A stretch of 32,000 nt of DNA from contig CAKRRK010000001.1 of NCBI GenBank assembly GCA_934395135.1, positions 255,375 to 287,374 on the forward strand, given 5' to 3'. Positions 8,631-17,564 of the stretch are shown piece after piece. The DNA comes from an uncultured Eubacteriales bacterium (GTDB lineage: Bacteria > Bacillota > Clostridia > Oscillospirales > Butyricicoccaceae). A program made the position numbers and the translations under genes. Each line of letters opens with the position of its first letter. The first letter of the stretch is position 1. Below the pieces are notes generated by a model. It searched no databases and was not told the DNA's origin. It saw only the letters and a program-made list of their open reading frames with translations.

Positions 8631-9668
8631 CTACGCCGGAAAAACCCCGTCAGGATATACAATAATACGGCAGCCTTCCTTGTTCATCAGCAGGCGGAAT
8701 GCTTCCTGGATGTCTTTGAGCGCAAACCGGTGGCTGATGAATTGATCCAGCCCCAGCTCCTTGTTCTGCATCATAGCGATTGCCCGGGGGAAATCCTTGC
8801 CCAAAACGCCGGTTACCGTCAGCTCTTTGCTGGTAAACAGAAACGGCGGCACCTGGGACATCGCGTTCCGGTTATAGCCGAACAGCAAAACCCGGCCTCT
8901 GGCGTTCATCAGCTCCAGAATTTGGGAGAAGATCGGGCCGGTGCCCACCGCATCGATGGCGACGTCTGCAAGACATCCCCATGCGGACAGCAGCGCCTCC
9001 TTCACATCTCCCGCCTGGGAATCGATGACAAGATCCGCGCCGCATTCCTTTGCCTGCCGGATTCTCGCCGCTCCCTTCGCCACCACTGCAAGGTTCTGCA
9101 CCCCAAACAGCTTCAGCGCCCGGATAAAGGTGAGGCCAATGGGACCGGCGCCATACAGCAACACCCGGTCCGTGGGCATCGGCTGAATGCGCACCATCCC
9201 GCTCATCACGCAGGCAAGCGGCTCCGTCTGCGCCGCGATGTCCGGCGAAATGTCTTTTGGCAGATGATACAGTTGCCCCGCATCCACCAGAGCGTATTCT
9301 GCAAAGCCTCCGTCGCAGGTCTGTCCATAGTGATATGGGTTCACGCAAAGATTGCTCCGGTTGTTGACACAATCAAAGCATTCGCCGCAGGGCATGCATG
9401 GGTTGACCGCAACCACATCCCCGACCTGAAATCCCAACGATCTTTCGCCGGTTTCCACAACTTCTCCGAAAAATTCATGCCCATATACAATATTGGGCGT
9501 AAAAATTTGTCCCGGCGGCACATGCAGGCCATGAATATCGCTGCCGCAGATGCTCGCCGCCCGTACCCGGATCAGCACATCCGTTGGCGCAGAAATCTTG
9601 GGCACCGGAATTTTTTCCACTTCCAACACGCCGTTTCCCTTAAAAACAGCCGCTAACATTTCACGCAT
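8631..9668 (-). CDS. Zinc-dependent medium-chain dehydrogenase (polyol/threonine dehydrogenase-like)
   Basis: ASICGSDIHGL, YGHEFFGEV, NPCMPCGECFDCVNNRSNLC, VLLYGAGPIGLTFIRALK. ATG 9668 preceded by GGAGGG; the track start at 9671 is a TTG. Confidence 0.85.
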   Translation of the reverse strand: MREMLAAVFKGNGVLEVEKIPVPKISAPTDVLIRVRAASICGSDIHGLHVPPGQIFTPNIVYGHEFFGEVVETGERSLGFQVGDVVAVNPCMPCGECFDCVNNRSNLCVNPYHYGQTCDGGFAEYALVDAGQLYHLPKDISPDIAAQTEPLACVMSGMVRIQPMPTDRVLLYGAGPIGLTFIRALKLFGVQNLAVVAKGAARIRQAKECGADLVIDSQAGDVKEALLSAWGCLADVAIDAVGTGPIFSQILELMNARGRVLLFGYNRNAMSQVPPFLFTSKELTVTGVLGKDFPRAIAMMQNKELGLDQFISHRFALKDIQEAFRLLMNKEGCRIIVYPDGVFPA

Positions 9669-9757
9669 CAAAACACCCTCCTTTTTGAAAAAGCCGCCTG
9701 GTTCGCCAGCGCCGCCTTTCTTTCGGACCCGGCAGAATTCGAATCCTCTTTTTTAAA

Positions 9758-9786
9758 ATTATATTGCGTTCCTTCCGGCAGGTCAA
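9758..9786 (-). promoter_or_regulatory. Predicted sigmaA promoter for the Zn-dependent dehydrogenase gene
   Basis: Minus strand TTGACC (9786-9781), 17-bp spacer, TATAAT (9763-9758). Confidence 0.75.
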
Positions 9787-9826
9787 TATAAGAATCCCGC
9801 GAAATCATATATATATTCTTGCAAAA

Positions 9827-10327
9827 TCACAGGGCTTTGTATGCGTTTTGATAGGCTTTCAGGGTGTTTTCATCAAAGCACACCATTACGGACTCTTTCA
9901 CTGTCCGGCAGGGATATTCCGTGATGGCTTTGACGGCGATAACCGCCGCCTGAGAAAGCGGGAACCGGTATATCCCGGTGCTGATGGATGGGAACGCCAC
10001 GCTCTCGCATCCATTGGCTTCCGCGAGGGCAAGGCAGCTTTCATAACAGCTTCTGAGCTGTTCTGCCTCCCCGTGTCCGCCGCCCCGCCAGACAGGTCCC
10101 GGCGTATGGATAACATACGCCGCTGGCAGATGGTATCCTTTTGTAATTTTCGCTTTTCCGGTTTCACAGCCGCCAAGGGTCCGGCATTCCTCCAACAGTG
10201 CAGGTCCCGCCGCCCGGTGGATGGCGCCGTCTACACCGCCGCCGCCCAGCAGAGACGTATTGGCCGCATTGACAATAGCATCTACGGAACATTTTGTAAT
10301 GTCTCCCCGTATAATAGAAAACCGCAT
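9827..10327 (-). CDS. Macrodomain protein (O-acetyl-ADP-ribose deacetylase-like)
   Basis: [78 protein letters not shown]...[16 protein letters not shown]. Start reassigned to ATG 10327. Confidence 0.93.
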   Translation of the reverse strand: MRFSIIRGDITKCSVDAIVNAANTSLLGGGGVDGAIHRAAGPALLEECRTLGGCETGKAKITKGYHLPAAYVIHTPGPVWRGGGHGEAEQLRSCYESCLALAEANGCESVAFPSISTGIYRFPLSQAAVIAVKAITEYPCRTVKESVMVCFDENTLKAYQNAYKAL

Positions 10328-10356
10328 GTTACCCCTTCCTTTCCTTTCGCCGTGCC

Positions 10357-11205
10357 TTATATGCGGCGCAGGATGCCAATCCCCAGGGTGGATGGACCGC
10401 AATGGCTGCCAATGGTACATCCCGTAATGTTTTCGATAATCTTGACACCAGGCAGAAACTTCCGGATTTCTCGGCGCACTTCTTCCAGCACATCGCCCGG
10501 CGCCATTGCATGAGTCATCAAAATCGTGCCGCGCTGGATGGACGGACGGTTTTCCAGCTTATCCCGTATATAGTGGCAGACGCTGCGCTTTAGGCTGCCC
10601 CGATATTTTTTCCCCACTCTCAGGCTGCCGCCGCACATTTCAATGCAGGGCTTGAGTTTGAGCAGATTCGCCCCCAAGGCCACAATGGCAGAACACCGGC
10701 CGCCCATATGCAGATAGGACAGGGTATCCACGAGGAAACTGACCTCCATTTGACGCCGCAGTTCGGAAAGCTTTTCCAAAATTTCCCCCGCGCTGCTGCC
10801 CCGCCTTGCCAAATCCGACGCTTCCATCGCCAGGTACCCGGAGGCGGAGGATACATTTTGGCTGTCAAACACATACACATTTTCATAGTTTTCCGCGGCG
10901 ATCCTGGCATTTTGATGGCAGGAGGTCAGTTTGCTGGAAATATTGATGTGGATCACCGTGTAGCCTTCCTTTCGGTACCGCCGGAAGACTTCCTCATATT
11001 CGTAGCTGCTGATTGCCGCCGTGGTAGGCAGCTGTCCCGTACTGTCTACAATGCGGAATACATCCGGCAGACGGATATTCACCATATCCAGATACTGCTT
11101 TCCGCCGGAAATCACATGAACCGGTATGGGCATGATCTGGTACGCCCTATAGGTTTCACTGCTTAAATCACAGGCAGAATCGCATGTGATTTTAATCTTT
11201 TCCAT
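10357..11205 (-). CDS. DegV family protein (FakB-like fatty-acid binding)
   Basis: [17 protein letters not shown]...[14 protein letters not shown]...[14 protein letters not shown]...[34 protein letters not shown]. Confidence 0.92.
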   Translation of the reverse strand: MEKIKITCDSACDLSSETYRAYQIMPIPVHVISGGKQYLDMVNIRLPDVFRIVDSTGQLPTTAAISSYEYEEVFRRYRKEGYTVIHINISSKLTSCHQNARIAAENYENVYVFDSQNVSSASGYLAMEASDLARRGSSAGEILEKLSELRRQMEVSFLVDTLSYLHMGGRCSAIVALGANLLKLKPCIEMCGGSLRVGKKYRGSLKRSVCHYIRDKLENRPSIQRGTILMTHAMAPGDVLEEVRREIRKFLPGVKIIENITGCTIGSHCGPSTLGIGILRRI

Positions 11206-11427
11206 GCATTAACTTGCTCCCTTAACTGTTATTTTTCCCGATAAATATTCAAATTTTTCAGCCCGATAACTTCATTTTTTTATCACTTGCTCACCATATT
11301 TTATCATGCTTCCCTGCTTTTCCAGAACTCTTTTTCCACAATTCATAATTTGTTTACATTTGCATAAAAATTTCTTGGTATCCTTTCGTTTTCGTGCAAT
11401 ATTTTTCGCAAAACACAAAAACTTCTT

Positions 11428-11456
11428 GTATATACCATCAAAGTGAGATAAAATAG
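11428..11456 (+). promoter_or_regulatory. Predicted sigmaA promoter for the asp23-DAK2 operon
   Basis: TTGTAT (11428-11433), 17-bp spacer, TAAAAT (11451-11456). Confidence 0.55.
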
Positions 11457-11506
11457 AAAAAGCTATAAGGAATTACAGCCCATCTTGTTTTAAAGGAGGT
11501 CATTCT

Positions 11507-11857
11507 ATGATTATTAAAACCGACCTTGGAAATATTGACATAACGACCGACGTTATCGCCGGCATTGCCGGGCAGGCGGCCAACAACTGCTTTGGCGTCA
11601 AAGGTATGACGGTGCGCTCCGTATCCGACGGCCTTGCTCATCTGCTGCGCCGGGAAAATCAGAGCCGCGGCGTAAAAATCACAGAGAATGACGACGGCGG
11701 CATTTCCATCGCCCTGCACATTGCGGTTGACCATGGGGTAAACATTTCCGCTGTTTGCAAATCCATTATGGAAGAAGTGCGGTATAATGTGGAATCCCAG
11801 ACCGGCATTGATGTGAAAACCATTGATATTTATGTGGAAAGCCTGAAAGCAGACTGA
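11507..11857 (+). CDS. Asp23/Gls24 family envelope stress response protein (YloU-like)
   Basis: 116 aa: IDITTDVIAGIAGQAANNCFGVKGM...VKITENDDGGISIALHIAVDHGVNISAVCKSIMEEVRYNVESQTGIDVKTIDIYVESLK; precedes the DAK2 gene. SD AAAGGAGG. Confidence 0.9.
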   Translation: MIIKTDLGNIDITTDVIAGIAGQAANNCFGVKGMTVRSVSDGLAHLLRRENQSRGVKITENDDGGISIALHIAVDHGVNISAVCKSIMEEVRYNVESQTGIDVKTIDIYVESLKAD

Positions 11858-11879
11858 CACAGCGTTTGCAAGAATACGA

Positions 11880-13568
11880 ATGAACAGATTGGAGGCAATG
11901 ATATTGTCCACGAAAATTGACGGTATTTTGTTTCAGTCCATGGTAATAGAGGGTGCGTTGTCCATTGAAGACCAAAAGCAGAAGGCAAACGACCTGAACG
12001 TTTTCCCTGTACCGGACGGCGATACCGGCACGAACATGTCCCTTACTATGTTCGGTGCGTTAAATGAAATATCCAAGCTTGAACATCCCTCCCTGCAAAA
12101 AGCGGCAGAGGTTACTGCATCTTCTCTTCTGCGGGGCGCGCGGGGAAACTCCGGCGTAATTCTTTCCTTGTTGTTCCGCGGCATCGCCAAAAAGCTGAAA
12201 AGCCTTGCCTGTGCAGACGGTGCGGATTTTGCCGTCGCCCTTAAGGAAGGCGTGGATACAGCGTACAAAGCGGTAATGAAGCCGGCGGAAGGTACCATGC
12301 TGACGGTATCCCGTGTCGCGGCGCAGCATGCCGTGGAGCTTTGCCAGGCAAATCCCGAGCTTTCGGTGGAAGAAGTGCTGGACGCCATTCTGGAAAAAGG
12401 CGGAGAAGCGCTGAAAGAAACCCAGTTTCAAAATCCGGTGCTGGAAAAAGCCGGGGTTGTAGACGCGGGCGGTTTTGGTTTTCTTACCATTCTGGAAGGC
12501 ATGCGCAATGGATTTCTCGGCATTCGTCCCCAGCACAATGCACCGGCGCCGGAAGAAGATCCCTCCGCAGACTTTTCCGCATTGAGCGACGAGGACATCA
12601 CTTATACTTACTGTACGGAATTTATCGCCGAACGGGTGGACAAATCCCGAAATGTGGACCGGGTCCGGCAGCTTCTTTCTGACATCGGCGACAGTCTGGT
12701 GCTGGTGGAGGACGATGACATTGTCAAAGTCCATGTCCACACGGATCAGCCAAACCTTGCCATTGCCGAGGGCCTGAAATTTGGCCCCCTTGTTACTGTG
12801 AAAATTGAAAATATGCGGCAGCAGCATTCCGCCAAGGTTATTGAATCCCAGGCGCCCCGGGCAAGCAGCCCGGAAGCCCCGGCGGAACGGGTTGTTGTGC
12901 CGCCGGAAAAGAAATATGGCTTTGTCGCCGTAGCGGCAGGCGACGGAATTACCAGCCTGTTCCGGGAACTCGGCGTGGACTGCGTTGTGCAGGGGGGACA
13001 GACCATGAACCCCTCCACAAACGACATTCTCTGTGCGGTGGACGCAGTGCCGGCAGAAATTGTTTTTGTTCTGCCCAACAATAAAAACATTATTATGGCG
13101 GCAGAGCAGGCCGTTCCCCTCTCGGAAAAGAAGATTCTTGTGATTCCTACCAAAACCATTCCCCAGGGCGTTGCCGCTCTGCTGGCGTTTGACCCGGATG
13201 GTCCGGAAGCGGCGAATACCACCGGGATGCTTGACTGTCTTTCCTCCGTCAAAACCGGACAGATTACCTATGCCGCCAGAAATTCGGATTTTGACGGCAA
13301 AAAAATCAAGGAAGGCGAATATCTTTCCCTCCTGGAAGGCAAGCTTTGCTCCAATTCCAAAAAGCTGGCGGAAGTGGTCAAGCGTCTTGCCAAGGATATG
13401 ACCCGGGACGGCGGCTCGTTCCTTACCATTTATTACGGCGCCGGCATGACGGAAGAAGACGCTGCCGCGGTGCAGGCCACGTTTGCCAAATACTGCGATG
13501 ATTTGGAAGTCACATTAATTGACGGCGGGCAGCCGGTGTATTACTTCTTAATCTCTTTGGAGCAGTAA
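11880..13568 (+). CDS. DAK2-domain protein (YloV/FakA-like fatty acid kinase)
   Basis: DhaL-type NDLNVFPVPDGDTGTNMSLTM, SSLLRGARGNSGVILSLLFRGIA, GVVDAGGFGFLTILEGM, plus a C-terminal DegV-like region. Start uncertain: ATG 11880, ATG 11898 or TTG 11904 (8 nt after GGAGG). Confidence 0.92.
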   Translation: MNRLEAMILSTKIDGILFQSMVIEGALSIEDQKQKANDLNVFPVPDGDTGTNMSLTMFGALNEISKLEHPSLQKAAEVTASSLLRGARGNSGVILSLLFRGIAKKLKSLACADGADFAVALKEGVDTAYKAVMKPAEGTMLTVSRVAAQHAVELCQANPELSVEEVLDAILEKGGEALKETQFQNPVLEKAGVVDAGGFGFLTILEGMRNGFLGIRPQHNAPAPEEDPSADFSALSDEDITYTYCTEFIAERVDKSRNVDRVRQLLSDIGDSLVLVEDDDIVKVHVHTDQPNLAIAEGLKFGPLVTVKIENMRQQHSAKVIESQAPRASSPEAPAERVVVPPEKKYGFVAVAAGDGITSLFRELGVDCVVQGGQTMNPSTNDILCAVDAVPAEIVFVLPNNKNIIMAAEQAVPLSEKKILVIPTKTIPQGVAALLAFDPDGPEAANTTGMLDCLSSVKTGQITYAARNSDFDGKKIKEGEYLSLLEGKLCSNSKKLAEVVKRLAKDMTRDGGSFLTIYYGAGMTEEDAAAVQATFAKYCDDLEVTLIDGGQPVYYFLISLEQ

Positions 13569-13597
13569 GCCCCTTTGAGAAACTCTATGGCACTAAA

Positions 13598-13632
13598 ATG
13601 ACGGACAAATGGAACTTTGTCCGTCATTTTTT
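13598..13632 (+). terminator. Intrinsic terminator after the DAK2 gene
   Basis: ATGACGGACAAA-tggaac-TTTGTCCGTCAT followed by a T run. Confidence 0.85.
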
Positions 13633-13661
13633 AAAACAATATAAAAAGGAACCCATAATTT

Positions 13662-14303
13662 ATGTCTATTTTTGATATTTTTGCCCGCCTGGAACAGGAA
13701 AAAAAGGAGCAGCCGCCGAAAACGTCCGGGCCGGTGCAGTGGATCGTTGCAGGGCTGGGCAATCCCGGCGCCGCTTATGCAGACACCCGGCACAACGCAG
13801 GCTTTATGGTGCTGGACCGCTACTGTGAAAAAAATGGCCTGCGGCTTCACAAAATGAAATTCAAAGCCTTGGTGGAACGTGCCGGCTTTGCCGGCCAGAA
13901 CGTGCTGTTTTTAAAACCCCAAACCTTTATGAACTTATCCGGAGAAGCGGTATCTGCCGCCGCGGCATTCTATAAGATCCCGCCTCAGCGGATCATTGTG
14001 GTGTTTGATGACATCTCTCTGCCGGTAGGCAGGCTGCGGGTGCGGGCCAAAGGCTCGGACGGCGGGCAAAACGGAGTGAAAAACATTATTTATCATTTGA
14101 ATTCCCAGGATTTTCCCCGGGTAAAAGTCGGGATCGGCGCAAAACCGCACCCGGACTATGACCTTGCCGACTGGGTGCTCTCCGCGTTTTCTCCGGAAGA
14201 ACGGCCAGTGATGGCAGAGGCATGCGACCGCGCCATCGGCGCAGTGGAGGAGATTATCCGGGCCGGCGTTCCCGCCGCCGCACAAAAATACAACGGGAAA
14301 TAA
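13662..14303 (+). CDS. pth: Peptidyl-tRNA hydrolase
   Basis: VAGLGNPGAAYADTRHNAGFMVLDRY, KPQTFMNLSGEAV, VFDDISLPVGRLRVRAKGSDGGQNGVKNII, FPRVKVGIG. Confidence 0.95.
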   Translation: MSIFDIFARLEQEKKEQPPKTSGPVQWIVAGLGNPGAAYADTRHNAGFMVLDRYCEKNGLRLHKMKFKALVERAGFAGQNVLFLKPQTFMNLSGEAVSAAAAFYKIPPQRIIVVFDDISLPVGRLRVRAKGSDGGQNGVKNIIYHLNSQDFPRVKVGIGAKPHPDYDLADWVLSAFSPEERPVMAEACDRAIGAVEEIIRAGVPAAAQKYNGK

Positions 14304-14340
14304 CGCGGCTTGCCGCCAGTGCAGCAGGAGGGTTTATTCT

Positions 14341-14832
14341 ATGGATCTTGTTCTCCGGCAGTTTGAAGAAAGGGATCTGTCCCAGATGAATGCCATCTGG
14401 AACAGCATTGTGGAGGAGGGCGACGCCTTTCCCCAAACGGAGCGTTTGGATATGGCCTCCGGTCTTGCTTTTTTTCGCAGCCAATCCTTTGCCGGCGTGG
14501 CGGAAGACCGGAACACCGGGAACATCGCAGGTCTTTATATCCTGCACCCCAACAATGTGGGCCGGTGCAGCCACATCGCAAACGCAAGCTATGCGGTAGC
14601 AGAAACCGCGCGGGGCCGCCAGGTCGGCAGGCAGCTGGTGACGCATTGCCTTTCCAAGGCAAAAGCTCTGGGCTTCCGCATCCTGCAGTTTAACGCGGTG
14701 GTCAAAACCAACACTGCTGCCATCCGTCTGTACCGCGCTCTGGGTTTCACCCCGCTGGGGGTTATCCCCGGCGGATTTCTCAAAAAGGACGGGACGTACG
14801 AAGATATTATCCCCTTTTATAAAACATTGTAG
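14341..14832 (+). CDS. GNAT family N-acetyltransferase
   Basis: 163 aa: IAGLYILHPNNVGRCSHIANASYAVAETARGRQVGRQLVTHCLSKAKALGFRILQFNAVVKTNTAAIRLYRALGFTPLGVIPGGF. Confidence 0.9.
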   Translation: MDLVLRQFEERDLSQMNAIWNSIVEEGDAFPQTERLDMASGLAFFRSQSFAGVAEDRNTGNIAGLYILHPNNVGRCSHIANASYAVAETARGRQVGRQLVTHCLSKAKALGFRILQFNAVVKTNTAAIRLYRALGFTPLGVIPGGFLKKDGTYEDIIPFYKTL

Positions 14833-14956
14833 CGCCAGACGGTATGGTTTCCCGGTTTTCTTTGCGGCAAAGCCGTATTTCGCCGCAGGAAGAGCTGGGG
14901 AACCCACCGTTCCAAAAACAGGAACGCTGCCTTTCGTCTCTGCCGCTTCCTGATAG

Positions 14957-14992
14957 AAAAGCCCCTTGCCGTTATTGGCAAGGGGCTTTTTT
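14957..14992. terminator. Bidirectional terminator between convergent genes
   Basis: AAAAGCCCCTTGCC-gttatt-GGCAAGGGGCTTTTTT. Confidence 0.85.
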
Positions 14993-14998
14993 CTGCAA

Positions 14999-15832
14999 TT
15001 ACACCGCTTCCAGAATTGCTTTTGTTTTTTCGTATCCTTCCCGGATCACGGTTTCTCCGTCCATTTCATAAAACTTTGGATGAAACACTTCCAGGGAGGC
15101 GTGATGGTCAAATCCTACGCGCCTGAGAGCCGCCACAAATTCCCGGACGGGAACGATCCCATCGCCGGGCAGCAGACGGTGATACATCGGATCCAATTCG
15201 GAAACCGGACGGTTTTCTCCGTCGTCAATGTGAAACACATAGATTTTTTCCGGAGGAATCGCCTGCAGGTCTTCTATGTCCGAAAGTCCGTCATAGGTAA
15301 AAAGATTGAACGCATCCAGCGTCAAACCGATGTTCTCCCGGTCCGCCGCCTTTACAATTTCCCAGCCCTGCCGGATGCTGCGTACACAGTACAGACGGTT
15401 TCCCATAGGCTCAAAGGCAATTTTGGCGCCGTAAACTGCAGCAATGTCCGAAAGCTTTCGCAGAACGCTGACCGAATCGGCAAATACCGCCTCCCGGGTT
15501 TTTTCCTGCATCGCTTCCCCTCTTGTGGGCACCACCACTACATAAGGCGCGCCAAGCTCTTTGCACATCATACATGAAAAGATGAAATCCTCCAGCATCC
15601 GGTTCCAGCCAGCCGGATCGCAGAAGTTTATATCCACTACAGAATTGACGGACAAGGGTTTGATGGAATGGGTTGCAAAGAAATGCCGCAGTTCTCCGAT
15701 GCCATGGCTGTCCAGGTATGCCTTTAGCCGGTCAATCCGAAGTTCGATATAATCGTAGCCGTACTTGTCACACAGAAATAAATCCTCCGCCAGCCCGTTT
15801 TGCGGCAAGGTTTCGTTGAATGCAATTTTCAT
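14999..15832 (-). CDS. Sugar phosphate isomerase/epimerase-like TIM-barrel protein
   Basis: MKIAFNETLPQNGLAEDLFLCDKYGYDYIELRIDRL...ENIGLTLDAFNLF...YVFHIDDGENRPV...HRLLPGDGIVPVREFVAAL. Start reassigned to ATG 15832; the longer track ORF begins at a TTG. Confidence 0.82.
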   Translation of the reverse strand: MKIAFNETLPQNGLAEDLFLCDKYGYDYIELRIDRLKAYLDSHGIGELRHFFATHSIKPLSVNSVVDINFCDPAGWNRMLEDFIFSCMMCKELGAPYVVVVPTRGEAMQEKTREAVFADSVSVLRKLSDIAAVYGAKIAFEPMGNRLYCVRSIRQGWEIVKAADRENIGLTLDAFNLFTYDGLSDIEDLQAIPPEKIYVFHIDDGENRPVSELDPMYHRLLPGDGIVPVREFVAALRRVGFDHHASLEVFHPKFYEMDGETVIREGYEKTKAILEAV

Positions 15833-15899
15833 AGAACTCCCTCCTACTGCTGTCATTTGTTTGCCATGCGTTTCTGCCGTTGTTGTGCGGACGGATGCA

Positions 15900-16739
15900 T
15901 CATACCTTTTCCAGCGCGTCCGCTGCGGAAAGCAGCCAGGTTCCCATAAAGTCCTCGATCCGGCCGGTGTCGCACAGATGGGCAAGTTCCGGGCTGATGG
16001 GCATCTTTCCCAGCACCTTTAAGCCGTTTTTCTCTGCCGCTTCCTCGGTTTTTCCTTCGCCGAACAGATGGATCTTTCTGCCGCAGTCCGGACACTCTAC
16101 ATAGCTCATATTTTCAATCACTCCTACAATGGGCACCTCCATCATCCGGGCCATATGCACGGCCTTTTCCACCACCATGGAAACCAGTTCCTGGGGAGAA
16201 GTGACAATCACGATGCCATTGAGGGGAATGGACTGGTATACTGTCAGGGGCACGTCGCCGGTTCCAGGCGGCATATCCACAAACATATACTCCACATCTT
16301 CCCAGATTACATCCGTCCAAAACTGTGTGACAGCGCCGGCAATCACCGGGCCGCGCCAGACCACCGGGGAGGTGTCGCTGTCCAGCAGCAGGTTCATCGA
16401 CATTACCTGGATGCCGCTTTTTGTCACAACGGGATAAAAACAGTCCTCCCCGCACCGTACCTCTGCCCGGGAGACGCCAAACGCCTTCGGGATGGACGGC
16501 CCGGTGATGTCTGCGTCCATAATGGCTGTTTTGTAGCCCTTTCTTGCCGTCAGCACAGCAAGCTGACTGGTTACCATCGATTTTCCCACGCCGCCTTTGC
16601 CGCTGACAATGCCAAACACTTTTTTCACCCGGCTTCCCGGATGCAGTTCCCTGCGCAGACTCTCCGGTTTTCTCTCGCTGCAGGTTTCATTGCACGAAGA
16701 ACAATCATGCGTACACTCCGCCATACTATCCGTCTCCAT
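15900..16739 (-). CDS. Mrp/NBP35 family P-loop ATPase (Fe-S carrier)
   Basis: N-terminal Cys cluster (CTHDCSSCNETC), deviant Walker A VSGKGGVGKSMVTSQLA, DADITGPSIPKAFG, DMPPGTGDVPLTVYQSIP, ENMSYVECPDCGRKIHLFG. Confidence 0.94.
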   Translation of the reverse strand: METDSMAECTHDCSSCNETCSERKPESLRRELHPGSRVKKVFGIVSGKGGVGKSMVTSQLAVLTARKGYKTAIMDADITGPSIPKAFGVSRAEVRCGEDCFYPVVTKSGIQVMSMNLLLDSDTSPVVWRGPVIAGAVTQFWTDVIWEDVEYMFVDMPPGTGDVPLTVYQSIPLNGIVIVTSPQELVSMVVEKAVHMARMMEVPIVGVIENMSYVECPDCGRKIHLFGEGKTEEAAEKNGLKVLGKMPISPELAHLCDTGRIEDFMGTWLLSAADALEKV

Positions 16740-16771
16740 TCCTCTTGATTTGTTTTTATCATTGTCTAATA

Positions 16772-16800
16772 ATTATACTATTCCTTTGTCGCAGATTCAA
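16772..16800 (-). promoter_or_regulatory. Predicted sigmaA promoter for the Mrp-family gene
   Basis: Minus strand TTGAAT (16800-16795), 17-bp spacer, TATAAT (16777-16772). Confidence 0.7.
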
Positions 16801-16805
16801 CTGTT

Positions 16806-17387
16806 TTAATCCAGTTCGTCCAGAGTCAGAGCAAAGCCCGGGATAAAGTGTTCCAGAAAATATGCCACTTCCTCGCTGTTTGTTTCCTCCAGCCCCTTGC
16901 GGATGCTCTCTGACGCGGTCTTAAACTCATGATTGCCGCTTTTCATCTCTTCCATACACTTAATATAAGCGGAGAGTTTATCTGCCCAATGGACCACATT
17001 CGCCACGTCCCCATCCCCTTTTACCGCCTCAAACAAACTGTGATACTCCGGATACAGCTCTTCCGGCAGATAGCCCAGCAGCTTTTGTGCGGCGTTTTTT
17101 TCCACCTTTTTGTATGCCTCCCGGATCTCCGGGTTAAAATATTTCACAGGAGTGGGCAGATCGCCGGTCAGGATTTCCGGCGCGTCGTGAAACAGGGCCG
17201 CCGCAGCGCAGCGCTCCGGCGAATGGTTTTTTCCAAAGATGCGGTTACCGATTACCGCCAGCGCATGGGCAATGACGGCGGTGTCCAGCGTATGCTCCGC
17301 CAAATTTTCCGCCGCGGAATTTTTCATCAGCCCCCATCGCTGAATATACCGCATTCTGTATAAATAGCTGAAAAAATAATCCTTCAT
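16806..17387 (-). CDS. YfbR-like HD-domain hydrolase (5'-deoxynucleotidase-like)
   Basis: RMRYIQRWGLMKNSAAENLAEHTLDTAVIAHAL...AALFHDAPEILTGDLPTPVKYFNPEIREAYKKVE; HD motif and YfbR-type arrangement. Confidence 0.87.
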   Translation of the reverse strand: MKDYFFSYLYRMRYIQRWGLMKNSAAENLAEHTLDTAVIAHALAVIGNRIFGKNHSPERCAAAALFHDAPEILTGDLPTPVKYFNPEIREAYKKVEKNAAQKLLGYLPEELYPEYHSLFEAVKGDGDVANVVHWADKLSAYIKCMEEMKSGNHEFKTASESIRKGLEETNSEEVAYFLEHFIPGFALTLDELD

Positions 17388-17564
17388 AGCAATTCCCGTT
17401 CCCTTTCTCCGCCGAAAAAGTTTTTATATATACATATTATCATCTTTTGATGCAAAACTGTAGTAATCGGGCGAATTTTTTTGTAGCTTATTTTGGTTGC
17501 AATCTATACCGCTAAGGTGCTATATTTTATATGGGATATTATCAATTTTGGGGAGTGTACTCAC

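Noticed and set aside
7448-8662. 404-aa minus-strand ORF opposite nagB
   Set aside because: Antisense to a strongly supported nagB CDS and to its promoter; composition typical of a shadow ORF.
8730-9656. 308-aa plus-strand ORF opposite the Zn-dependent dehydrogenase
   Set aside because: Antisense shadow of a clear MDR-family enzyme.
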